DNA of 64,000 nt, taken from assembly GCA_044892525.1 (NCBI GenBank), contig CM097886.1, forward strand, positions 182,764,312 through 182,828,311. Reading direction: 5' to 3'. The position numbers were made by a program, and so were the translations under genes. The first letter of the stretch is position 1. Each line of letters opens with the position of its first letter. Shown here in pieces: positions 44,592 to 53,936 of the stretch. The DNA is from Schmidtea polychroa (lineage: Eukaryota). The notes beneath the pieces were generated by a model. That model was not told the DNA's origin. It saw only the letters and a program-made list of their open reading frames with translations, and ran no database searches.

Positions 44592-45227
44592 ATGTATATT
44601 AGTACAATGCGGTATGAAATAGTGATAACAGTAATGGTATTAATAAATCACCTGATGGAGAAACAACCATTAAATGCTCAACTGACAAGCATACGAGATC
44701 ACCGCAATCGAAATCAACAAGCCAAACCAGAACCTTGCCAATGCCAATACCCCAGTACAATAAAAACCAACATCCTCCATAGTATCCAGTCAACTCGGTC
44801 ATATATTAATAACGTCAGAATTCTGTGCAAAAATCACCCCATATGCCGAATGATGGACCGAAAAATACTCGAACAAGTCCAACACTTCGATCAGTTGGAA
44901 CAACAAATACAACAAGAAGTGTTCGAAAATCCGGCCGAGACAACAGAAACACCCTCAAATAACAGCGACACCCACTACCTTCTCTACGTAGTGGTCACAG
45001 AAACTATCTTGTTATGCCTCATAACCTTCCTAAAAATCCTCGAAGTTAAGAAAAAATGTAAGAGCTCGAAATCTAGAGCCACCGTACAAAACCCAGCCGA
45101 AATAACCAATGTTATCCAAACCACAAGCTCACCCAGATTAAACCATAAAGAATCTCCTCAACCATCGTCTACCATAACACCAGTTCCTAATTGTAGCAGC
45201 AAACCCCAACCAGAACCATCAGAGTGA
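44592..45227 (+). CDS. Putative single-pass membrane protein
   Basis: N-terminal hydrophobic stretch, four Cys, TM YLLYVVVTETILLCLITFLKIL, S/P/T-rich tail. Confidence 0.65.
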   Translation: MYISTMRYEIVITVMVLINHLMEKQPLNAQLTSIRDHRNRNQQAKPEPCQCQYPSTIKTNILHSIQSTRSYINNVRILCKNHPICRMMDRKILEQVQHFDQLEQQIQQEVFENPAETTETPSNNSDTHYLLYVVVTETILLCLITFLKILEVKKKCKSSKSRATVQNPAEITNVIQTTSSPRLNHKESPQPSSTITPVPNCSSKPQPEPSE

Positions 45228-45480
45228 CCGAACAATGCCAGAACTGAACTAAAAACATTATGTTGTGAAAAACTTTGTTGTGTATATAAACCATCACCAT
45301 AAGTGATGCCTGCTTGGTCTTGATTTGACCTATATCTTATTAATAAAATTCTATTGATGTTTATAATTTTGTTAATCACTATGTTATCTTTTTATGAATG
45401 TGTTTATCTTTTTATGAGAGGATAAGAGTAGCTCAAGTATGCAATTGCGGGACGCAATTTTGTCGGGTCCCCGAGTGATT

Positions 45481-45977
45481 TGTTGGGCTGAGTCGAAAGC
45501 TTGATCGTCAAATTTAGGACAGATAAGACGCGAACAAATAAAATAAGACCACAAATTGCTAAAATAAATAAATCAAGAGACAAAAGAAACAATAACGTAA
45601 AATATTAAGATTAAAACAAAAAACAAAAAATAGAAAAATTAAAATAAGGTAATAAGATAAGGAATAAAATGACGAAAAATGCAACAAATAATGAGGAATT
45701 TAAGAAACAAATAAAAAATATATTAAAATAAAGAAAAATAAGGAAAAACAACCAAAGAAATAAGAAAAACAAATAAATTTAAAAGTTAAAGCGGTACTCA
45801 ATTTTGATTGGTCCGCATAAACAAAAAATTCCTATATAAGCAAACGGCAAATTCAATATAGTTACTGTTTAACAAACACCATTACAGGTAAGCTCATAAT
45901 TTTAAAAACTGACTGTTTAACAAACACCATTACAGATCAACACTCAACCATTACAGACGATCACCGACGTACAACCT
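45481..45977 (+). repeat. 3' LTR of the giant element, left piece (interrupted by the nested element)
   Basis: Matches 19817-20313. Confidence 0.92.
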
Positions 45978-46876
45978 TGTTGTGGTTGGGGCAGTCCGAT
46001 CTGGTATTTTGGCAATAGAATTTTCAGTAAGAGCATCGTCTAGATAACCGCCTTTCATAACATGACATAAGAGAACTTTATTGCGTTGCGAATTATGATT
46101 TTCGACAACTTTCATTCCATTCATTTCTTGGAATATTGGTTTCTGGTAATCAAATATACATTTGTTGCTAGTATTAACTGGCTTCCAATTAATTAATTCC
46201 TTATATGTATATAATGGTCGCATTTTTCTACAAATCGGCTGATAAAATTGAAAACTTATAAAATAAATCATAAAGAGTTAATGTCAGCTTTTATTTAATT
46301 ACCAAAATTTTTTTTGGAATATATAAACAAGCAAGGAAATCTTTTACAAAATTTATACATATAAGTAAACAAAATTACAAAAAATACAAAATTATATCAT
46401 TCGATAAAAAATAAACAGATTTTTAAAAATATATAATTTAAAAAGCTTACGATTTTATAAAGTTCGCGTAAGAATTTCACATAGTCAATTACTAATAAAT
46501 AAATGCAAAATAAACAAATTTAGGTTTTTATATTATTGTTAGGATTTGTTCCGTATTTCGCGAATTGTAATGGATGAGGGTGTTGGTCTATGAGAGCCAA
46601 CACTAAAACTATTGGGAGCCGAATACAGTTTATCTTGATAATGATAACATGGCATCGAATTTGCTTTACTCTTCTGAGATTGATTAATAGAGCCTGATTG
46701 ATAAGTAGAAGTATTAGCTGATCGCACGAATTTTGATTGACTGTTATTGTGTTCTGTTTGGTCCTTAGTCGCTGGTGACCGCGCATTTATATATATAATA
46801 TAATATCGTATAATATAATATAATATAGTATAATAGGTATATAGATATTGTTAAGGCCGTGTAACGGCTCACTACA
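45978..46876 (-). repeat. 3' LTR of the nested element
   Basis: Differs from 53037-53936 at two positions seen by eye (one substitution, one 1-bp indel). Confidence 0.95.
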
Positions 46877-47045
46877 TCAGCCCCACGGGAAGTCGCGGAG
46901 CGCACAGGGACTCAAGAATAGAGATTGATGAAAGATCTACTAGAAACAAGATGTAAGTCGAAAAGTAGTGACAATTTATGAAAGGTAGATAGTGTCTAAA
47001 AAGGAAATCGGTGATTGATGAATTAATTGATCACATGGAATAAAG

Positions 47046-50000
47046 TTAAGTGAATTTCAGCATCAGATGTGTCAAGTTTTCATTGGAATAGACTCTGGCA
47101 AGTCTTGGAGGTTTGGAAATGTCTTCCCCAATTTGGCGCACCCAAATCTTATCACTATGTTTCACATTTTTCGCGGTTCGCTGCTTGTCGGGTTTCGAAA
47201 CAATTGAGCGAAGATTAAGTGGATTTGTTGTTGCTGAATGTGTATTCTCTGTAGCTAAATTTTCATCGCGTTGGTAGTTTGTGATCATGGTACGCACGAT
47301 TTCGTTTGAGTCCGTGGCCGGTTCTACTGAAAGGTTTTCGTTCGACGTAGTTGAAATGGGTTCGACTGAGACTTTCTCTAAATCAGAGTGAAGTTTGTCT
47401 TCGTCCACGTCATCAGAAATCATAAAAGCCGGTTTAAGTCGGCACAAATTTATATTTTGGGTAACACCGTTAATAACGATGTGAGCATTGTTATCCTTAA
47501 TGTCGATCAATTTGTAAGGCCCCGAATATCTCGGTTTGAGACCTGAATCCGTAATATTACGAAGATAAACGTGAGTTGCGTCCTTGAAGGACTTTGGGAC
47601 GTACGGTGTATATGAGGAAGCATAAGAAAACTGTGGGTTGCTATCGATCGAAAGAAAATGATCTCTAGCCATATCTAATTCCTCAAAGGTAGGAGCGTTA
47701 TCGAAATCAACTAATTCGTTAGGTAACGATGTTGAAGAACCAAAAAGTAACTGTGCCGGTGTAGTTCCGGTAGTCCTGGAGGGTGTGTTACGCCAACCAA
47801 GAAGGACAAAAGGTAAAGCTTTAGTCCAATTAAGTCTCGATGAAAGTATTCCAAGAGAGGTCTTCAAAGTACGGTGAAATCTTTCGATCATGCCGTTTGT
47901 CTGAGGATGGTAAGCAGTTGAACGGAGGTGTTGTATACCGAGCTTTTCAGTTAGCTGTTGAAATAACTGGGATTCAAACTGAGATCCCCTGTCTGTGATT
48001 ATTGATTTCGGAACACCGTATCTAGAAATCCAATGTTGCAAAATTGAATTTGCTACAATTTCAGCAGAAATGTTTTTCAGAGGAATAACTTCAAACCAAC
48101 GCGTTTTCCGGTCAATCATAGTTAATAAGTAAGAAAAACCGTGATCAGAAGGCAAGGGGTCGACCAGGTCGATGTGAAGAATTTCGAACCTATTTCTGGT
48201 CGGATAGTGAATCATCTGTGGCTTAGTGTGTCTAGTGATCTTGTGTTGTTGACAACCGATGCACTGACTCACCCACAATTTAATATCGTGCCTCATTGCT
48301 GGCCAAACCACATGTGAATGCAATAGGTTAAAGGTAGCCGACGAGCCTGGATGATGTAAGTCGTGAATGGAGTGGAAAGCTAATTTCCGTAAGGAATCGT
48401 GCAAAATCGGTCTTAAAACACCTGATAAAGACGAGTCAAAGTGTACTCCGTCCACGATTTCAAGTTTATCGCCAAAAGCAGCTAGATCTTTTGCCGAAGG
48501 TGGATTGTCGCGGAGGCACTGTACTGGAAATATCGGATCGTGCAATATAGCGTTGGTGCTGCGGGAAAGACAGTCTGCAATAACGTTTTCTTTGCCGGCA
48601 ATGTGGCGTATTTCGCAAGAAAATTCTGAAATATAACTGATTTGCCTCTGTTGTCGTGGAGATGGGTCTTTCATTCCAAAAAGATAAGTTAGCGGTTTGT
48701 GGTCAGTGTAGATGACAAAAGGACGACCTTCAAGCAAGTGCTTGAAATGTTTGATTGAAAGATATATGCCTAAGAGTTCTCGGTCGAAAGCCGAATATTT
48801 CCGTTGAGCGGAAGAAAGTTTCTTTGAGAAAAACTCTAAGGGTTCAGAAATGTCATTATGTAATTGGTGTAATACTGCACCAATAGCAACGTTTGATGCA
48901 TCAGTGGTCAGACTCCAAGGTAAATCAGCATTGGGAAAATGGAGTGTTTGGATTTTCGAAAGTGCCGACTTAGCGTTTTCAAATGCACTGAGTGTGGTAT
49001 CGCTCCATGACACTAAAGACTTTTTTGGTTTTGAGACGAGACCTGAAAGAGGTGACAAAATGTCAGAAACCCCTGGAATAAAACGATGACAATAGTTTAT
49101 CGTTCCAAAAAAACTTCTCAGTTGTGAAACTGTTTTTGGAAGTGGGAATTTGGCTATGGTATCTAGTCTATCCGGAGGAGGTCGGATTCCATCTGCGGAA
49201 ATTAAATGTCCCAGGAAACGAGTCTCGTGTTGGAAGAAGGTACACTTATCGACGTTTACCTTAAGGTTGTATTGCCGAAGTGCTGTTAAAGTTTTTGTCA
49301 GATGGGTTATATGCGTCTCTAAGTCAGGTGATCCGACTAAAATGTCGTCTATGTAAGGAACTGCGAAAGGCAGGTCCATTAAGACTTGATCAATATACCT
49401 TTGAAAGGTCTGTGCAGAATTCCGAAGGCCAAATGGCATATGCACGTACTCGAAAAGTCCGATCGGAGTTATTACGGCTGTTTTTTCTATGTCAGACTCT
49501 CGCACGGGTATCTGATGGTACGCCTTCACGAGGTCGATTGTGGAGAAAATCTTTGCCTTTGAAAGACGGTGAAGGATATCACTAACAAGCGGCATGCTAT
49601 AGGAATCATGTACCGTAATAGCATTAAGGTTTCGATAGTCGCCACACGGACGGAAAGTGCCATCTTTTTTTGGGACCAGGTGCAATGGCGATGACCATGG
49701 AGATTTAGATCTCCGAATGGTACCCTCATGTAAGAGGTTAGTAAACTCGGAACGTACAAATTCGAGTTTTTCATTCGACAGTGGTCTAATTTTGCATCTA
49801 ACTGGTAAAGATGAAGTTGTGTCGATCGTGTGGCAGTAAAGCGGCTTCGAAACGTCACTTATTGGCGTGTTAAAACACCTATTAATAATATCTAAGGCTA
49901 TTTTTGGGTGTTCGATTGTTATAACCGTTTTCGACGGAGTAGTATTTATATCGTCCGTTCCTATCCGTTGTGGATCTTCAAAGATGTTTGAGGGAATAGT

Positions 50001-50411
50001 GCTGCAGTTTAATTGATTATTTATCCTTAAAGTGCGTCCGCGGCAATCTACGAGTAGTTCGTTAGCGCTTAAAAAATCAGATCCTGATATGGGGATAATA
50101 ACCTCTGCTATATAAAATTTCCACTCAAATAATTGGTCGGACAGAAATGGCAACGAGAAAGCAATTGTCTTTGAACCTAAAGTCTCAACAACACTACCGT
50201 TTGCGGCCTTCAAAGAAATATCGACAGTGTTGAGGTCTGGAAGGTACTCTTTAGGTAAGATCGACAAGCTGGAACCAGTGTCGACAAGGAATTTTAGTCT
50301 GTTGGAAGGAGACGACAATATATTAAAAGCGTTTGACTCTGCTTCTATTAAAAATAAATCTGATTTCGATGAAATTTTGCCTCCCACCTCTGCCGCTAGA
50401 AGTGGTGGCAT
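47046..50411 (-). CDS. pol: Pol (PR-RT-RH-IN) of the nested element
   Basis: LVDTGSS, PCGDYRNLN, YIDD, TDAS, TDHKPL, HHCC, DLVD/TDRG/IERFHR, PRYSGPY. Confidence 0.97.
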   Translation of the reverse strand: MPPLLAAEVGGKISSKSDLFLIEAESNAFNILSSPSNRLKFLVDTGSSLSILPKEYLPDLNTVDISLKAANGSVVETLGSKTIAFSLPFLSDQLFEWKFYIAEVIIPISGSDFLSANELLVDCRGRTLRINNQLNCSTIPSNIFEDPQRIGTDDINTTPSKTVITIEHPKIALDIINRCFNTPISDVSKPLYCHTIDTTSSLPVRCKIRPLSNEKLEFVRSEFTNLLHEGTIRRSKSPWSSPLHLVPKKDGTFRPCGDYRNLNAITVHDSYSMPLVSDILHRLSKAKIFSTIDLVKAYHQIPVRESDIEKTAVITPIGLFEYVHMPFGLRNSAQTFQRYIDQVLMDLPFAVPYIDDILVGSPDLETHITHLTKTLTALRQYNLKVNVDKCTFFQHETRFLGHLISADGIRPPPDRLDTIAKFPLPKTVSQLRSFFGTINYCHRFIPGVSDILSPLSGLVSKPKKSLVSWSDTTLSAFENAKSALSKIQTLHFPNADLPWSLTTDASNVAIGAVLHQLHNDISEPLEFFSKKLSSAQRKYSAFDRELLGIYLSIKHFKHLLEGRPFVIYTDHKPLTYLFGMKDPSPRQQRQISYISEFSCEIRHIAGKENVIADCLSRSTNAILHDPIFPVQCLRDNPPSAKDLAAFGDKLEIVDGVHFDSSLSGVLRPILHDSLRKLAFHSIHDLHHPGSSATFNLLHSHVVWPAMRHDIKLWVSQCIGCQQHKITRHTKPQMIHYPTRNRFEILHIDLVDPLPSDHGFSYLLTMIDRKTRWFEVIPLKNISAEIVANSILQHWISRYGVPKSIITDRGSQFESQLFQQLTEKLGIQHLRSTAYHPQTNGMIERFHRTLKTSLGILSSRLNWTKALPFVLLGWRNTPSRTTGTTPAQLLFGSSTSLPNELVDFDNAPTFEELDMARDHFLSIDSNPQFSYASSYTPYVPKSFKDATHVYLRNITDSGLKPRYSGPYKLIDIKDNNAHIVINGVTQNINLCRLKPAFMISDDVDEDKLHSDLEKVSVEPISTTSNENLSVEPATDSNEIVRTMITNYQRDENLATENTHSATTNPLNLRSIVSKPDKQRTAKNVKHSDKIWVRQIGEDISKPPRLARVYSNENLTHLMLKFT

Positions 50412-51757
50412 TATAAGTTTTTTTGATTGCTTGCTTTAGGTTTTGTGTAATTGGAGCAGCCTTCGAAGCATTTTAAGGCTTTATCTCCAAACCTGTCGTG
50501 GTATATGCACTTGTCAAGTATCTGACAGGATGGTGCTTTATCTCGCCAATTGCAACCTAGATAGCAGAACCGTGCCTTGTTACGAAACTTAAAATGGAAA
50601 CGGCACAGGTTCCTGGTTGCAGGGGAAGGTGAACGTTGACGAGTATTTTGCACGAAGTGTGATTTTTGGGCATATTGCCTGTCGTCATTTGTCTGCCTGG
50701 TGGACATGCTATTCTCAAGCTCGCTGATGCGTTTAGTGAGGCCTGTAATAGCGCAAAGTAAGGCTTCTTCGGTCGAAGGTTTTAAAGAAGAAGGTAAAAT
50801 TTCGGGGTTAGTGCTGCTACTTAACTGCACAGAGCAAGTTGGTTGCGGACCAAGTGGCACGACTTCGTTAATCTTGTCGGCCATCTTTGCTAGCTCTACC
50901 ACGTCTGCTGTTGACGAAAGCGCTAAAATTTGTTGTGCGTGTGGCGGTAAAGCAGACAGAAAAAATTGCCTCAAGAGTTTTTGATCCGCCGCAGCCTCCG
51001 GGTGTATTTGCGTTAGTTCCGCCATAGCGTGTTGCAAGAACTGTGATGGTTTTCTGCTGCCCAAAGTTTGCGTCTTGAAGTATTTAGTGAAGACGGCAGC
51101 TGTAGGTTCCTTAAAAATATCGAGGATTGCCGTACGCAATTCTTCATATGGGTTTTTTACGCTAGTAGGCGAAGTGCGAAGGATCACGGACGAAAGTTTA
51201 CTTAATATCGTCGGCGGAATCAACGGCAAGATGCGACAGTATTTGTCTCGTGAACTGGTTACCTCGATTCCCTCGAGTGCTAGTTCGGTAGCTATCAGCC
51301 AAGTAAGTAGAGAGTTATTCTCATCCAAAAAATATTGACATAAGTACGTTGATCGCTGGTTGTTGGACCTACGCTTATGTTTTGCCTGTTTGGGGTTGCT
51401 GCATGAGTCATTCTCCGAATCGGAGGAACCGCCAGAAAGTGGCAACAAACAATGAATGACGCTGTATGGTGTCACTCCATAGTCGCCCAAGGTACGACTG
51501 TCGGAAAGGATGTTGCCGTTATACGACAAGAGAAAATGGCATTTGTGATTAGTCAATGTCCTGTAATTTTTAGAAAGACCTTTAATTGTAGTGTCTGTGT
51601 CAACTGAAACGGTTTGTGTCTTATTTGTTCCAGGGTTTTCTATTAATATTTGGAACTTTTTGGGCCCCGGTGCGGCGCTACCCTCTCGTGTGGGCTGATG
51701 CTTATTTATATAATTTTTTATAATTTTATATATGATATCAATAATAATATAAATCAA
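50411..51757 (-). CDS. gag: Gag with N-terminal ubiquitin-like domain and two CHCC zinc motifs
   Basis: Ubl at 51655-51428 ending LPLSGG; capsid PYEELRTAIL...LGSRKPSQFL...LRQFFLSALP; two Cx2Hx9Cx3C motifs. Confidence 0.9.
   Translation of the reverse strand: MIYIIIDIIYKIIKNYINKHQPTREGSAAPGPKKFQILIENPGTNKTQTVSVDTDTTIKGLSKNYRTLTNHKCHFLLSYNGNILSDSRTLGDYGVTPYSVIHCLLPLSGGSSDSENDSCSNPKQAKHKRRSNNQRSTYLCQYFLDENNSLLTWLIATELALEGIEVTSSRDKYCRILPLIPPTILSKLSSVILRTSPTSVKNPYEELRTAILDIFKEPTAAVFTKYFKTQTLGSRKPSQFLQHAMAELTQIHPEAAADQKLLRQFFLSALPPHAQQILALSSTADVVELAKMADKINEVVPLGPQPTCSVQLSSSTNPEILPSSLKPSTEEALLCAITGLTKRISELENSMSTRQTNDDRQYAQKSHFVQNTRQRSPSPATRNLCRFHFKFRNKARFCYLGCNWRDKAPSCQILDKCIYHDRFGDKALKCFEGCSNYTKPKASNQKNL
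50417..50423 (-). other. Probable -1 ribosomal frameshift site A AAA AAC at the gag-pol junction (also a TAATG stop/start overlap)
   Basis: Minus strand CAA AAA AAC TTA TAA TG; pol is in the -1 frame relative to gag. Confidence 0.75.
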
Positions 51758-53330
51758 TAATAATATAGTATAATTTAATAATAATATAATTTAGAGGTAA
51801 TCGATCTAAGGTACCTGGCGGTGCTGACACGGGCATTGCTCTATTGAGTCTCGATTCGCTGGGAGACGGTTTATTATCGTGAATAAATGGCTGTCCCGGT
51901 GCACGAGAGTTTAATGTGAAAAAATCATTATTCTGTTGCATTAAGAATTCATTTGGATTTGGTCGAAGCATGATGCGTTGTGGGGCTGTGTGTAAGACAT
52001 CACTCGTTAGCGATTTGTTATTTGGTATATAATTATTGATCGGAGTCATTTTTTGACGATTTTCAACGGCAATCATCTCAGCCAATGCTTGCCGGGAAAC
52101 ATTAATCGAATCAAAATCTATATCGGCTGTATCTTTATATTTCTGATCGTAATGTGAGTTCGGTTTCTCCGAGCCAAATATGCGATTTATATCCATTTCG
52201 TTTCGATACTGATACTGACCGTAGTTAAGCACACCGTTGTTGTTTGCCTGTTGATTGATGTTGTGATCGTATGACTGATTATTATTGTTGTTATTGTTGA
52301 TTGCGGCGTGGTTTTGAGAATTTAAATGGTAGAAACTTTCCAGCAGAGAATTCGACGAACCAACTGAATTCAAACTGTTCATAAATGATTTCTGATCTGA
52401 AACTCCTGACAGGGGAGGTGTGGAATTCAGTGTACTGTGGAATTCAGTAATATCATTAACAACTGAGCTATTGAAAGCACTGAATAGGGGAAATTCGGAT
52501 TTAATATCCGATGATTCAGATTGTAATTGAATACTTTTATTGATAAATTTGAAAGACGATTTATTTATCGGGTCAGCAATTTGAAATTGACCATTTGGGA
52601 TATGATTATTATCTGTGATATTTGCAGGGGTTGAAATGGAATTACTTGATGATGTAGACTGCTGTAATTCTTTATAATACATATTTAAATCCTTACATAG
52701 AACGACTACAGGATCCACAGAATCACGATCTAGAATTGTCTGAATTAATTTGATATACTCTTCTCGATTCGATGACAAACAACAGGAATGAGCAATTATC
52801 AAATGATCTATCAGCCTATCAATATCATGGGATATAAGATTAAATTTTGATGAAAGTTTTAATTCAGAAAATATTTTGGAAAGCATATGGAACATATTTT
52901 GACGTAATTCCGCTGTTCGTTTATGAGAAACTAACATAGATTGTATTTCCTGTAATCTGGATTTAACAATGATATTAGATAAATAAGTTTCTAATTGTTC
53001 AAATCTTGAACATTGTTCTGGCACTTCTGACACCAATGTTGTGGTTGGGGCAGTCCGATCTGGTATTTTGGCAATAGAATTTTCAGTAAGAGCATCGTCT
53101 AGATAACCGCCTTTCATAACATGACATAAGAGAACTTTATTGCGTTGCGAATTATGATTTTCGACAACTTTCATTTCATTCATTTCTTGGAATATTGGTT
53201 TCTGGTAATCAAATATACATTTGTTGCTAGTATTAACTGGCTTCCAATTAATTAATTCCTTATATGTATATAATGGTCGCATTTTTCTACAAATCGGCTG
53301 ATAAAATTGAAAACTTATAAAATAAATCAT
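51738..53330 (-). CDS. Extra ORF0 starting inside the 5' LTR: ENGase (GH85) N-terminal fragment fused to an unknown helical, N/S/Q-rich region
   Basis: 530 open codons crossing the LTR end and PBS; LYTYKELINWKP and SQRNKVLLCHVMKGGYLDD match ENGase LSSLEELLAWKP and SQRPRTLLCHDMMGGYLDD. Confidence 0.7.
   Translation of the reverse strand: MIYFISFQFYQPICRKMRPLYTYKELINWKPVNTSNKCIFDYQKPIFQEMNEMKVVENHNSQRNKVLLCHVMKGGYLDDALTENSIAKIPDRTAPTTTLVSEVPEQCSRFEQLETYLSNIIVKSRLQEIQSMLVSHKRTAELRQNMFHMLSKIFSELKLSSKFNLISHDIDRLIDHLIIAHSCCLSSNREEYIKLIQTILDRDSVDPVVVLCKDLNMYYKELQQSTSSSNSISTPANITDNNHIPNGQFQIADPINKSSFKFINKSIQLQSESSDIKSEFPLFSAFNSSVVNDITEFHSTLNSTPPLSGVSDQKSFMNSLNSVGSSNSLLESFYHLNSQNHAAINNNNNNNQSYDHNINQQANNNGVLNYGQYQYRNEMDINRIFGSEKPNSHYDQKYKDTADIDFDSINVSRQALAEMIAVENRQKMTPINNYIPNNKSLTSDVLHTAPQRIMLRPNPNEFLMQQNNDFFTLNSRAPGQPFIHDNKPSPSESRLNRAMPVSAPPGTLDRLPLNYIIIKLYYIIIDLYYY
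53022..53035 (-). promoter_or_regulatory. Primer-binding site, tRNA-Leu(CAA)
   Basis: TGGTGTCAGAAGTG one base after the 5' LTR, complementary to the tRNA-Leu 3' end CACTTCTGACACCA. Confidence 0.9.
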
Positions 53331-53936
53331 AAAGAGTTAATGTCAGCTTTTATTTAAATTACCAAAATTTTTTTTGGAATATATAAACAAGCAAGGAAAT
53401 CTTTTACAAAATTTATACATATAAGTAAACAAAATTACAAAAAATACAAAATTATATCATTCGATAAAAAATAAACAGATTTTTAAAAATATATAATTTA
53501 AAAAGCTTACGATTTTATAAAGTTCGCGTAAGAATTTCACATAGTCAATTACTAATAAATAAATGCAAAATAAACAAATTTAGGTTTTTATATTATTGTT
53601 AGGATTTGTTCCGTATTTCGCGAATTGTAATGGATGAGGGTGTTGGTCTATGAGAGCCAACACTAAAACTATTGGGAGCCGAATACAGTTTATCTTGATA
53701 ATGATAACATGGCATCGAATTTGCTTTACTCTTCTGAGATTGATTAATAGAGCCTGATTGATAAGTAGAAGTATTAGCTGATCGCACGAATTTTGATTGA
53801 CTGTTATTGTGTTCTGTTTGGTCCTTAGTCGCTGGTGACCGCGCATTTATATATATAATATAATATCGTATAATATAATATAATATAGTATAATAGGTAT
53901 ATAGATATTGTTAAGGCCGTGTAACGGCTCACTACA
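53037..53936 (-). repeat. 5' LTR of the nested element
   Basis: Followed by the PBS; TG...CA ends. Confidence 0.95.

Larger units (their letters stand above)
45978..53936 (-). mobile_element. Intact Ty3/Gypsy element (CsRn1-clade-like) nested in the 3' LTR
   Basis: TG...CA ends; 5-bp TSD AACCT (45973-45977, 53937-53941) at a site that is empty in the 5' LTR copy; 899/900-bp LTRs; open gag and pol. Confidence 0.97.

Noticed and set aside
27702-44802. Dozens of minus-strand ORFs of 60-316 aa
   Set aside because: F/L/S/I-rich shadows of the A-rich sense strand; no motifs.
46520-46786. 88-aa and 62-aa ORFs in the nested LTRs (also 53580-53846)
   Set aside because: No recognisable homology; duplicated only because they lie in the LTR.
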